Source: a virus (taxonomy: Duplodnaviria; Caudoviricetes). Taken from it: a stretch of DNA of 54,067 nucleotides. Where the stretch lies: positions 1 to 54,067 of the IMG/VR virus record IMGVR_UViG_3300022178_002236. One strand, given 5' to 3'. Shown in pieces: positions 1 through 8,747 of this stretch; positions within the stretch are counted from its first letter, which is position 1; the number at the start of each line of letters is the position of its first letter. The position numbers were made by a program, and so were the translations under genes. The notes beneath the pieces are model-generated. The model did not search any database and was not told the DNA's origin. It worked only from the letters and a program-made list of their open reading frames with translations.

Positions 1-24
1 CCATATAGCCACACTATCGGCACC

Positions 25-50
25 GGGCCGGGGGGCGGGGGACGGGGGGG
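25..50 (+). other. G-tract cluster (G-quadruplex-capable)
   Basis: GGG-CC-GGGGGG-C-GGGGG-AC-GGGGGGG. Confidence 0.6.
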
Positions 51-271
51 ACCCTATGTGTTGTGCGCGACCCGGCGGCACTACACACTAATCTGCACAA
101 ATAACCACAGAATTTTGACAGCGAAGAGGGGGGTACCCCTTTTTGGGTCCCTACGAGCTTCAATTATATTTTTGCAAAAAAATAGGGTCCACCCATTACG
201 GAGGACCCTTGAGTTTAGGAGAAACACCATGATTTTGGGGCTTCACAGGGAATCAAACTAAATCAACAACA

Positions 272-377
272 CTAGTTGTATACTAGTTTCTAGTACTAGT
301 CAAGAGCTAGTTCTAGGCTAGAGCTAGGTCTAGCCTATATTTTATATTTTAGTCTAGACTAAGCTATTCTAGGCTAG
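272..377. repeat. CTAG-dense short-repeat tract with AT-rich core
   Basis: 12 CTAG at 272,283,290,296,307,313,318,324,330,354,369,374; TATATTTTATATTTT at 336-350. Confidence 0.85.
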
Positions 378-422
378 TATAACGCTCCCAGTGCGTTCAA
401 ACTTTGTTCACATGGGGGTGAC

Positions 423-557
423 ATGGCTAAAAAAGTTGATCGGGTTCCTGTTGACCGGATAAAAAAGAAAACGACCATAGGTGCGAGTGTTCGGACTCGC
501 CCAAAGAGTCGTCAGCAGAAATTAAATTTCAAAAAGTACCGTGGTCAGGGCCGATGA
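423..557 (+). CDS. Small basic protein, 44 aa (MAKKVDRVP...NFKKYRGQGR); not in ORF track
   Basis: Hand translation; GGGGGTG RBS; stop overlaps next ATG (ATGA); KKYRGQGR ending recalled from small phage proteins. Confidence 0.75.
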   Translation: MAKKVDRVPVDRIKKKTTIGASVRTRPKSRQQKLNFKKYRGQGR

Positions 558-1087
558 GAGACATACTCATGAACACGCGGCTCCCCTTTCCTCATTTCAA
601 AATATATCGGGACCTGAAAGAGGATTTCGAGGGGGACTTTTTCCGATTTGCTGCTGAATGTCGGAACAAGGTCGTGTATCTCGCCTCTCCCTACAAATCT
701 CAACTGCCCTTCCAGCCCTCTGGGGGCGTCTCTAGGTACGTCTCTGACATTCGGGCTACCCAAGTGACCATATTCACCGACTGGCTGCTGAACGCGGGGA
801 TATGGGCGTTCTCGCCTATAGTCTATGGCCGGGGTGTAGAGAGAGTTGTACCCGAGCATCCCAAGGAATGGTGGATGAGGCGTGATGCTGAGTTTTTCAA
901 GAATGCCGATGTGATGGCAGTGGCTGCCCTTACGGGTTGGCAAGACAGTCCCGGCGTTGCTGAAGAGATAGGATGGGCCGTCACCAGCAGTAAGCCTGTC
1001 TACATTCTAGAATTGGAGGGTGAGTGGTTTGACAAAACGACAACAGCAGGTTCTGAGCTTCGTGAGAAAATTCTGGGAGAAAAATAA
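554..1087 (+). CDS. DUF1937-like / nucleoside 2-deoxyribosyltransferase-fold protein
   Basis: VYLASPY, FSPIVYG, GWQDSPGVAEEI, KPV motifs. Confidence 0.7.
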   Translation: MRDILMNTRLPFPHFKIYRDLKEDFEGDFFRFAAECRNKVVYLASPYKSQLPFQPSGGVSRYVSDIRATQVTIFTDWLLNAGIWAFSPIVYGRGVERVVPEHPKEWWMRRDAEFFKNADVMAVAALTGWQDSPGVAEEIGWAVTSSKPVYILELEGEWFDKTTTAGSELREKILGEK

Positions 1088-1256
1088 CCACTCGCCTTCG
1101 TACAGGGAGATAGCAAATGGGATGGGAACGCATCCATCTAATGCTTACAGAATTATACGTTCGCTCACAGACGATGGATTTCTCTATACCCCTCCGGGTC
1201 GTGCGAGGAGTATTTACCCGCCTGAAGTCTGGGCATCGTTAAGGGGCAAGTCTTGA
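1020..1256 (+). CDS. Stand-alone LexA-type DNA-binding (winged HTH) protein
   Basis: LTKRQQQVLSFV...SPSYREIA...L...GFL...ARSI; no peptidase domain; GTG start. Confidence 0.8.
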   Translation: MSGLTKRQQQVLSFVRKFWEKNNHSPSYREIANGMGTHPSNAYRIIRSLTDDGFLYTPPGRARSIYPPEVWASLRGKS

Positions 1257-1861
1257 GGCCCCTCTATCAGACAGATAATGATGCAAAGCATGAGGTCAAA
1301 GTTGTTGACGCCTTTCACAAACAGTTTGTTGTTTGGACGGTGGACGATAAAAGCACAGGCGAAGACGGCAAGCGTGAAAAGGGTCATGTACTATTTGATC
1401 AGACAGGGAAGACTGTTTCATATGATTTTGTAATGAAGAAGCCCCTTTTCGTGAGGCTTGATTCAGGAGGCGTTATTCGTGTGCCGGATAGCGAACCTCT
1501 TGCACTTGTCGAAGTCAAAAAAAGAAAGCCGCGATACGGTGATTATGCGACCTACAAGCTCTCGAAGATGAAGTGCGATGCTCTGATCAATCTTTCAGAG
1601 AAAAAGAATGTACCCGCATTTCTTGTAGTTGGATGGCAAGACAGGGCTGGGTGGATGTATATAAACGCTCCCAAAAGTTCCCCTGCCTACGAAAAGTATT
1701 GGCTCAGTGATGATCGTGCAGAAAAAAAGAGCTTGAAGAGCCTGATCTCCAGCGGAGAGGTGAGCACCGAAGCATGGGGGCGATACGACCGCAACGACCC
1801 TCAGGACATTGAACTCGCATACGAATGGTCTAATTCAAATTTTGTGACGTTCAACTACTGA
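1253..1861 (+). CDS. PD-(D/E)XK nuclease-like protein
   Basis: YDF...VEVKKR motif; C-terminal GRYDRNDPQDIE. Confidence 0.55.
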   Translation: MRPLYQTDNDAKHEVKVVDAFHKQFVVWTVDDKSTGEDGKREKGHVLFDQTGKTVSYDFVMKKPLFVRLDSGGVIRVPDSEPLALVEVKKRKPRYGDYATYKLSKMKCDALINLSEKKNVPAFLVVGWQDRAGWMYINAPKSSPAYEKYWLSDDRAEKKSLKSLISSGEVSTEAWGRYDRNDPQDIELAYEWSNSNFVTFNY

Positions 1862-1883
1862 TGTCTTCTTGGGTTCTTTAGCA

Positions 1884-1911
1884 TTGAATTATATCGACCT
1901 TCATATATTAT
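1884..1911 (+). promoter_or_regulatory. Candidate sigma70-type promoter
   Basis: TTGAAT-16 nt-TATTAT in an AT-rich intergenic stretch. Confidence 0.4.
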
Positions 1912-1984
1912 ATGATCGTTCCATCTTTATGGTGGGCCGGTGCCGGGGTGCCCGATACCCGTGCAAGTTCCCCTTTACGCACCG

Positions 1985-2016
1985 GGAAAGGGCGCTTCTT
2001 GCGTCCTTTCCTTTTT
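1985..2016 (+). terminator. Intrinsic terminator-like hairpin just upstream of the terL RBS
   Basis: GGAAAGGGCGC-TTCTT-GCGTCCTTTCC then TTTTT. Confidence 0.65.
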
Positions 2017-2030
2017 GAGGAGCGTAGTAG

Positions 2031-3521
2031 ATGGATGCACAGCTTCAAAACTATCTTAGTCAGGTTTCTTCACTACCGCATGAAGAACAGGCAGAGATAC
2101 TTCGCCTGTTGCAGGATTTAGACTCAGCGACAAAACGCGAGTCCGCACAAAACGAGTATCTAAAATTTGTTCGACAGATGTGGCCCGCCTTTATTGGTGG
2201 CAGCCATCATGAGATTATGGCTAAAGCATTTGAGCGTGTTTGTAATGGCGAACTAAAACGCCTGATCATCAACATGCCTCCCCGACATACCAAATCTGAA
2301 TTTGCCAGCTATCTGCTTCCGGCATGGTTCTTGGGCAGATACCCCGAGAAGAAAGTTATTCAAACTGCCCACACAGCAGAACTCGCTGTTGGCTTTGGCC
2401 GAAAAGTCCGAAACCTCGTGGGCGACGATGACTTCAAGTCAGTCTTCAAGGATGTCGCTCTGCGTCAGGATTCAAAGGCGGCGGGTCGTTGGAACACCAA
2501 CAAAGGGGGAGAGTACTTCGCTATTGGTGTTGGTGGTGCTGTGACTGGTAAAGGCGCTGATCTTCTAATCATCGACGATCCGCACAGTGAACAAGAAGCG
2601 AGATCGCCTGATGCTTCTGTGTTTGACCCTGTGTACGAGTGGTACACATCAGGACCTCGCCAGCGATTACAGCCGGGTGGCGCAATCGTAATTGTTATGA
2701 CCCGATGGCACCAAAGAGATTTGGCTGGTCAGATACTAAAAGCATCCCAGCAAAGAGACGGCAGTGATGAGTGGGAGGTCATTCAGCTTCCCGCAATCAT
2801 GCCATCTGGTAATCCTCTTTGGCCTGAGTTTTGGTCTAAGGAAGAATTAGAAAAGCTGAAAGCGGAACTTCCTTCTTCCAAGTGGTCTGCCCAGTACCAG
2901 CAAGACCCGACTGCGGAAGAGAACGCGATCATCAAGAGAGAATGGTGGAGGCCTTGGGAGCATAAGAATCCACCTAATTGTGAGTTTGTAATCCAGTCTT
3001 GGGACACGGCTTTTCTCAAACACGAACGCGCTGACTATTCAGCATGTACTACGTGGGGTGTTTTTTACGATGAGGATGATGGCGCTAACATTATTCTTTT
3101 AGACGCCTTCAAAGAAAGAATGGAGTTCCCGGAACTTAAAAGCGTAGCGTATAAGATGTACAACGAGTGGGAGCCTGACGCCTGTATCGTAGAGGCAAAA
3201 GCAGCGGGTACTCCTCTGATATTCGAGTTACGCCAAATGGGTATGCCCATTGGTGAGTTCACTCCCTCGCGTGGCAATGATAAGATTGCACGAGTAAACG
3301 CAGTAAGTGATCTTTTTGCATCTGGCGTGGTTTGGACACCTCAAACTTCTTGGGCCGAAGAAGTGATCGAAGAGTTTGCTGCTTTCCCGGTGGGCGCTCA
3401 TGATGACTTGGTTGATAGCAGCACTCAGGCTTTATTGAGGTTTAGGCAGGGGGGCTTTGTCCGAGTAGACTCCGATGAAGACGACGAGTTCATCCCGCGC
3501 ATGAAGGCAGATTACTATTGA
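2031..3521 (+). CDS. terL: Terminase large subunit
   Basis: INMPPRHTKS Walker A region, LLIIDDP Walker B, MTRWH, nuclease QSWDTA and HDDLVD; GAGGAG RBS. Confidence 0.97.
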   Translation: MDAQLQNYLSQVSSLPHEEQAEILRLLQDLDSATKRESAQNEYLKFVRQMWPAFIGGSHHEIMAKAFERVCNGELKRLIINMPPRHTKSEFASYLLPAWFLGRYPEKKVIQTAHTAELAVGFGRKVRNLVGDDDFKSVFKDVALRQDSKAAGRWNTNKGGEYFAIGVGGAVTGKGADLLIIDDPHSEQEARSPDASVFDPVYEWYTSGPRQRLQPGGAIVIVMTRWHQRDLAGQILKASQQRDGSDEWEVIQLPAIMPSGNPLWPEFWSKEELEKLKAELPSSKWSAQYQQDPTAEENAIIKREWWRPWEHKNPPNCEFVIQSWDTAFLKHERADYSACTTWGVFYDEDDGANIILLDAFKERMEFPELKSVAYKMYNEWEPDACIVEAKAAGTPLIFELRQMGMPIGEFTPSRGNDKIARVNAVSDLFASGVVWTPQTSWAEEVIEEFAAFPVGAHDDLVDSSTQALLRFRQGGFVRVDSDEDDEFIPRMKADYY

Positions 3522-3567
3522 GCAATAAATCTGCCTTAACTAGTATTGATCCCTAAAGGATAAATTT

Positions 3568-6075
3568 ATGGCTATTGAAAAAAAACTTGAAGAGAGCGAA
3601 ATCGAATTAATGGACCCTGACACCAACGCTCAAGAAGTTGAGGTTGCGATTGTCAATCCTGAAGCAGTTGCCATTTCCACCGAAGAGGGTGGCGTAATTA
3701 TTGATTTCGATCCTCAGACTGAAGACATACTACCGCAGGATCACGATTCTAACCTCGCAGAGCACATGGAGGAAGACGAGCTTCGGTCACTTGCCTCTAA
3801 TCTTATTGGAGATTTTGAATCTGACAAAGACTCGCGTTCTGATTGGGCGAAAACATATGTCGAGGGGTTAGACCTACTCGGTTTGAACATTGATGACAGG
3901 ACAACACCTTGGCCGGGTGCTTGTGGTGTGTATCATCCAATTCTTACTGAAGCGATTGTGCGCTTTCAGTCTCAGGCGATTATGGAAGTGTTTCCAGCCT
4001 CAGGTCCGGTAAAAACAAAAATTCTCGGCAAGATGACCGATGAGAAAGAAAAACAGTCCCATCGAGTGCGGGACTACATGAATTTTCTTTTGACAGACAA
4101 AATGACTGAGTACAGGCCAGAGATGGAGCAGTTACTCTTCAGCCTCCCTCTAGCCGGTTCTGCGTTCAAAAAAGTTTATTACGATGCTTCTATGGGGCGC
4201 ATATGTACGTCTTTCGTTCCCGCAGAAGATTTTGTTGTTAGCTACGGGGCGTCTGATCTTCTGACCGCAGAGCGGTACACGCACATCATGCGGAAGACAT
4301 CAAACGAGATCAGGAAGTTGCAGGTAGCGGGTCTTTACCGAGAGATGAAGATTGGCAACGCTCCTGACTTTGATACTGACATTCAGGAAAAGTACGACGA
4401 GCTAGAGGGAGAAAGCTCAACAGGAAGCTCAGATACCCGTCATCAGGTTCTTGAAATTCATGTCGATCTTGACCTTTCGGGGTATGAGGATGTTGGGGAA
4501 GATGGAGAACCAACTGAAATCGCGCTTCCTTACGTTGTAACTATTCTTCGATCAAATAATGAAATCCTGTCCATTCGCCGCAACTGGTACGAGGATGACG
4601 AGCAGAAAACCAAGCGTATGCACTTTGTGCATTATCAGTATATGCCGGGTCTTGGGTTCTACGGCTTTGGTCTAATCCATTTAATTGGAGGTATCGCAAA
4701 AAGTGCAACATCTCTCATGCGTCAGCTTATTGACGCTGGTACTCTTGCAAACCTTCCGGGCGGCCTGAAGTCTCGCGGACTCAGAATCAAAGGCGACGAT
4801 ACGCCAATTATGCCGGGTGAGTTCCGTGACGTTGACGTTCCCGGCGGTGCCATTAAGGACAACATAACTTTCCTTCCGTACAAAGAACCCAGTAATGTCC
4901 TGCACCAGATGCTTGGTGAGCTTGTCGAAGAGGGTCGCCGTTTCGCATCTCTGACCGATCTAAAGCTGGCAGACATGAAGCAAGATGCTCCTGTCGGAAC
5001 AACGCTTGCTCTTATTGAGCGGTCAATGAAAGTTATGACTGCAATTCAGGCCCGACTTCATGCTTCTATGAAGCGTGAGTTTGTGCTCATTTCTGATCTT
5101 GTTCATGACTTTGGGGCAGACCAGAACTATGAGTACGAGTCAGATGATGACGTAGTTAAAGCGGAGGATTTTGACGGTAGGTTGGACATTATTCCTGTCA
5201 GCGATCCCAACGCATCCACCATGAGCCAGAGGATTATGCAGTATCAGGCTGCGTTGCAGCTATCTCAGCAAGCGCCACAGATGTATGATCTTCCTGAGCT
5301 TCATCGCCAGATGCTTGATGTGTTGGGCATCCAAGACGCGGATTCAATTATTCCCTTGTCCGAGGATGCTACCCCGCGTGATCCAGTCTCTGAGAATATG
5401 GACGTATTGAACGGCAAACCACTTAAAGCGTTCTCTTATCAAGATCACGATTCTCATATTCAAATTCATATGAATGCAATTCAAGACCCGAAGATACAAC
5501 AGCTTGTTGGTCAAAGCCCTATGGCGGGAACGATACAGGCAGCTATGGCAGCCCACATTCAAGAGCATCTCGGCTACAAGTATCGCAGAGAAATCGAGAA
5601 AGAGCTTGGTGTAGAATTGCCGCCTGAGAACGAGCCGCTTCCAGAGGATGTTGAAGTCAAGTTGTCTCGTCTTGTGGCTGAAGCGTCTGATCGACTGTTC
5701 CGCAAAGATGTTATGGAAGAGCAAATGCGAGAGAATCAGGAAAAACTTAATGATCCTGTATTCCAGTTGCAGCAGCAAGAGCTTCAGCTTGAAGCGGCTG
5801 ATCTTGAGCGTAAGGCTCAGACCGATACAGCCCGGATGGTAGCTAAGATGAAAGAAGCTCAGATGCGTCAGGAGACGGAGCTTATCAGAATCAAGTCTCA
5901 AGAAAGAATGGAAGGTGCGCGTTTAGGCGTTCAAATAGCGCAAGAATCTCTTGAGTCTCAGCAGCGTAAGGAAGACGCCAGCAAAAAACAGGTTCTGGAT
6001 ACTGCAAAAATTCTTGCTGATGTCGGAAAAAACTTGATGGGGCCGAATAATAGCAATACAAATAACTCAGGTTAA
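3568..6075 (+). CDS. Portal protein with long coiled-coil C-terminus
   Basis: Directly after terL; PWPGACGVYHP, GSAFKKVYYD, PGLGFYGFG; 835 aa. Confidence 0.9.
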   Translation: MAIEKKLEESEIELMDPDTNAQEVEVAIVNPEAVAISTEEGGVIIDFDPQTEDILPQDHDSNLAEHMEEDELRSLASNLIGDFESDKDSRSDWAKTYVEGLDLLGLNIDDRTTPWPGACGVYHPILTEAIVRFQSQAIMEVFPASGPVKTKILGKMTDEKEKQSHRVRDYMNFLLTDKMTEYRPEMEQLLFSLPLAGSAFKKVYYDASMGRICTSFVPAEDFVVSYGASDLLTAERYTHIMRKTSNEIRKLQVAGLYREMKIGNAPDFDTDIQEKYDELEGESSTGSSDTRHQVLEIHVDLDLSGYEDVGEDGEPTEIALPYVVTILRSNNEILSIRRNWYEDDEQKTKRMHFVHYQYMPGLGFYGFGLIHLIGGIAKSATSLMRQLIDAGTLANLPGGLKSRGLRIKGDDTPIMPGEFRDVDVPGGAIKDNITFLPYKEPSNVLHQMLGELVEEGRRFASLTDLKLADMKQDAPVGTTLALIERSMKVMTAIQARLHASMKREFVLISDLVHDFGADQNYEYESDDDVVKAEDFDGRLDIIPVSDPNASTMSQRIMQYQAALQLSQQAPQMYDLPELHRQMLDVLGIQDADSIIPLSEDATPRDPVSENMDVLNGKPLKAFSYQDHDSHIQIHMNAIQDPKIQQLVGQSPMAGTIQAAMAAHIQEHLGYKYRREIEKELGVELPPENEPLPEDVEVKLSRLVAEASDRLFRKDVMEEQMRENQEKLNDPVFQLQQQELQLEAADLERKAQTDTARMVAKMKEAQMRQETELIRIKSQERMEGARLGVQIAQESLESQQRKEDASKKQVLDTAKILADVGKNLMGPNNSNTNNSG

Positions 6076-6087
6076 AAATAACCTGAG
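6066..6087. repeat. Dispersed palindrome copy 1 (CTCAGGTTA-AAAA-TAACCTGAG)
   Basis: Perfect 9-bp arms; overlaps the portal stop and the next RBS. Confidence 0.85.
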
Positions 6088-6095
6088 GGTGCGAA

Positions 6096-6302
6096 TTGGC
6101 GATCATTGAAAATGTTTATGAGGTTTTTCAAAAAAACCTTAGGTCTTCGATGAATGAGAAGGCCGACTTCTTGGCTACCGGTGGTGCGCGTAGCTTTGAA
6201 GAGTACCACAAGATTGTGGGCGTAATAGAGGGACTTGCCTTGGCAGAGAGAGAGCTTCTTGATCTGTTTGAGGCCTTGCGTAAAGGAGAAGAAGATGAGT
6301 AA
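6096..6302 (+). CDS. Hypothetical head-module protein
   Basis: TTG start with GAGGGT; YHKIVGVIEGLALAE; lies between portal and GroES-like gene. Confidence 0.7.
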   Translation: MAIIENVYEVFQKNLRSSMNEKADFLATGGARSFEEYHKIVGVIEGLALAERELLDLFEALRKGEEDE

Positions 6303-6669
6303 AGAAAAAGTTGTAGAACTGGACGAGGCCCGAAAAGCAAAGGCTTTGCCAGAGCCTGTTGGCTACAGAATTTTAATTGCGATACCAGAAAAAGAACAGA
6401 AAACCGAAGGCGGTGTTTTGTTGCCTGAAGATACGCGAAAGCGTGAAGAGGCAGCAAGCATGGTCGGGATGGTTTTGAAAATAGGGCCTGACGCTTATAA
6501 AGATACCGAAAGGTTTCCGAACGGCCCTTGGTGCAAGGAGGGTGACTTTATTCTCATGCGCTCTTACTCAGGAACACGAATAGAAATTCATGGGCAAGAG
6601 TTCAGAGTTATAAATGATGACTCCGTTGAGGCTGTTGTTGAAGACCCAAGGGGGATCAAAAAGGTATGA
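6295..6669 (+). CDS. groES: GroES/Cpn10-like co-chaperonin
   Basis: PEPVGYRILI, KTEGGVLLP mobile loop, CKEGDFIL, YSGT, INDDSVEAVV; start moved to ATG 6295 (AAGGAG). Confidence 0.88.
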   Translation: MSKEKVVELDEARKAKALPEPVGYRILIAIPEKEQKTEGGVLLPEDTRKREEAASMVGMVLKIGPDAYKDTERFPNGPWCKEGDFILMRSYSGTRIEIHGQEFRVINDDSVEAVVEDPRGIKKV

Positions 6670-7625
6670 GCGATCAAAATTTAGCGGAAGACCAAGTCGA
6701 GCAGTTAGAGGTTGATTTAGATATCGACCCAGATGCCGTTGAGGTCGAAGTAGTAGACGACACTCCTGAAGTGGATCGGAATCGTCCAGTCAGGGCGGAT
6801 GGCTCTGAAGAATCTGAAGAAGGTGATTTGGAAGAGGGTCAACTTAGTCAACGTATTCAAAAGCGTATTGGAAAGTTGCGCTATGAGTACAATGAAGAGC
6901 GGCGAGAAAAAGAACGCTTCCAGAGAGAAAACAGTGAAGCCGTTAACTACGCCAAACAAATTCAAAGCGAAAATGAGTCGTTAAAAAATCAACACTCTGA
7001 GTTAAGGCGTCTCCTGTATGATCAGGTCGCGGCCAAGACCGACAGTGAGATTGAAGGTGCTAAACGGCAATATCGAGAGGCTTATGAGACGGGGGACACG
7101 GATGCCGTTGTCACCGCCCAGTCTGAACTGAGCAGACTTCATGCAGAGAGGGTTCGCTATTCTTCTGAAGCAGATGCTTTTCAGCAGCCTGTCCCGTCTG
7201 AGGCTCAACAACAGCCACAGCCAGCACAGCAGATTCAACCTCCTGATCCTATGGCAGTTGATTGGTTAAAGAGAAATGCATGGTTTCAACAGCCCGGTCA
7301 CGAGGAGATGACTGGTTTTGCTGTTGGGCTGCATGAGAAGCTCGTTAAACAGGGGGTAGACCCTCGTAACAATCCGGGCTATTATGAACAGATAGATTCT
7401 GCCCTACAGGGGCAGTTTTCGGAATTCTTCGGGGAAGGCAGTACTCCTGCTAGTGAAACTCCGACTTCTCGAAGAACTCCGGTGGTCGCGCCGACTAAAA
7501 GGGGGTCAGGTGCATCGCCGCGCAAAGTGGAGTTGACTAGCACCCAAGTTTCTCTCGCTAAGAAATTGGGTATATCGCCTCAACAGTACGCGGTACAGCT
7601 TATGAAGGAGATGAGTAATGGCTGA
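6666..7625 (+). CDS. Probable capsid scaffolding protein
   Basis: Acidic coiled coil; C-terminal LTSTQVSLAKKLGISPQQYA; upstream of capsid genes. Confidence 0.65.
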   Translation: MSDQNLAEDQVEQLEVDLDIDPDAVEVEVVDDTPEVDRNRPVRADGSEESEEGDLEEGQLSQRIQKRIGKLRYEYNEERREKERFQRENSEAVNYAKQIQSENESLKNQHSELRRLLYDQVAAKTDSEIEGAKRQYREAYETGDTDAVVTAQSELSRLHAERVRYSSEADAFQQPVPSEAQQQPQPAQQIQPPDPMAVDWLKRNAWFQQPGHEEMTGFAVGLHEKLVKQGVDPRNNPGYYEQIDSALQGQFSEFFGEGSTPASETPTSRRTPVVAPTKRGSGASPRKVELTSTQVSLAKKLGISPQQYAVQLMKEMSNG

Positions 7626-8094
7626 CGTTAGAGGAACAGAGCGCAAACCAAGACAGGCACAGGCCCGCGAAACACAGGTGCGTGATAAAGCGTGGGAACC
7701 GCCGCAAGTTCTACCTGATCCCGAGCCGCAGGAAGGCTTCGTCTTTCGGTGGATTAGGACAGCAACTCTTGGAAACGCCGATAACGTGAATACGTCGAAG
7801 CGGTTTCGAGAGGGATGGGAGCCTGTAAAGTCAGAAGATCATCCCGAATTGATGCTACAGTCTGACCACGATAGTAAGTGGGGCGGTTCTGGAAACATCG
7901 AAGTGGGGGGTTTGCTACTTTGCAAGACTACCATCGACAATGTAGACGCACGTAATGAGTATTACGCGCAAGCGGCAGCTAGGCAGGTTGAGTCTGTTGA
8001 CAATAACTATATGCGCGAGAGTGATCCTCGAATGCCAAAGCTGAACGAATCTTCTAGTAGAGTTTCTTTTGGTAGTGGCAGGAAACCGGATTGA
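7618..8094 (+). CDS. Hypothetical head-module protein
   Basis: FRWIR, REGWEPV, GGLLLCK; AAGGAG RBS; overlaps upstream stop. Confidence 0.75.
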   Translation: MADVRGTERKPRQAQARETQVRDKAWEPPQVLPDPEPQEGFVFRWIRTATLGNADNVNTSKRFREGWEPVKSEDHPELMLQSDHDSKWGGSGNIEVGGLLLCKTTIDNVDARNEYYAQAAARQVESVDNNYMRESDPRMPKLNESSSRVSFGSGRKPD

Positions 8095-8138
8095 TCTTTT
8101 TGGTTTAATCTTTGTCTTCTTTGGAAGGAGAACACGGT

Positions 8139-8744
8139 ATGGCTACCACTGCTACACCACATGGTTTTCGTCCTGTCGGCTTACTTGGAGGTGGCACTTG
8201 GTCTGATGCAATTCGCCACATCAAAATTGCCAGCAACTACGGAACCGCCATCTTCTATGGGGACGTTGTCAAGCTCGTTAGCTCCGGTACTGTTGAAAAG
8301 GACACCGGAACGACTGCGATGACGCCTTGTGGAATCTTTGTTGGAGTTCGTTACACGGACCCCAGCACGAGCCAACTCACCTTTGCACAGCACTATCCTG
8401 CTAATACTGTGGCTGATGACATCATGGCTTATGTCTGTGATGATCCGAATGTCGTATTTCAGGCTCAGGCTGATGAGGCGATTGCTCAGACTGGACTCGG
8501 CAATAATGTTGCTGTCGTACAGACTGCTGGCTCGACTGCGATTGGAACGAGTAGGAATGCTATTGACGGCGGCAGTATCGCGGTCACTAAAACTCTTCCA
8601 GTCCGTATCATCGATTTTGTCGATGGTCCGAACTCTTCCGTTGGTGACGCCTTTACGGATGTCATTTGTAAGTTCAACTCGGGTGGTGATGCGACCGGCG
8701 ATAGCTGTGCGTCTCACCAGTACCAAGACACGACAGGAATCTAA
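8139..8744 (+). CDS. Probable capsid decoration/cement protein
   Basis: Beta-rich, directly before the major capsid gene; ATG 8139 with AAGGAG. Confidence 0.6.
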   Translation: MATTATPHGFRPVGLLGGGTWSDAIRHIKIASNYGTAIFYGDVVKLVSSGTVEKDTGTTAMTPCGIFVGVRYTDPSTSQLTFAQHYPANTVADDIMAYVCDDPNVVFQAQADEAIAQTGLGNNVAVVQTAGSTAIGTSRNAIDGGSIAVTKTLPVRIIDFVDGPNSSVGDAFTDVICKFNSGGDATGDSCASHQYQDTTGI

Positions 8745-8747
8745 GCT

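Noticed and set aside
58-261. 67-aa ORF in the left-end region
   Set aside because: No RBS, no recognisable motif, runs through palindromic non-coding-looking DNA
1912-2121. 69-aa ORF overlapping the terL start
   Set aside because: Crosses a terminator hairpin, no SD; the region is better explained as structured RNA
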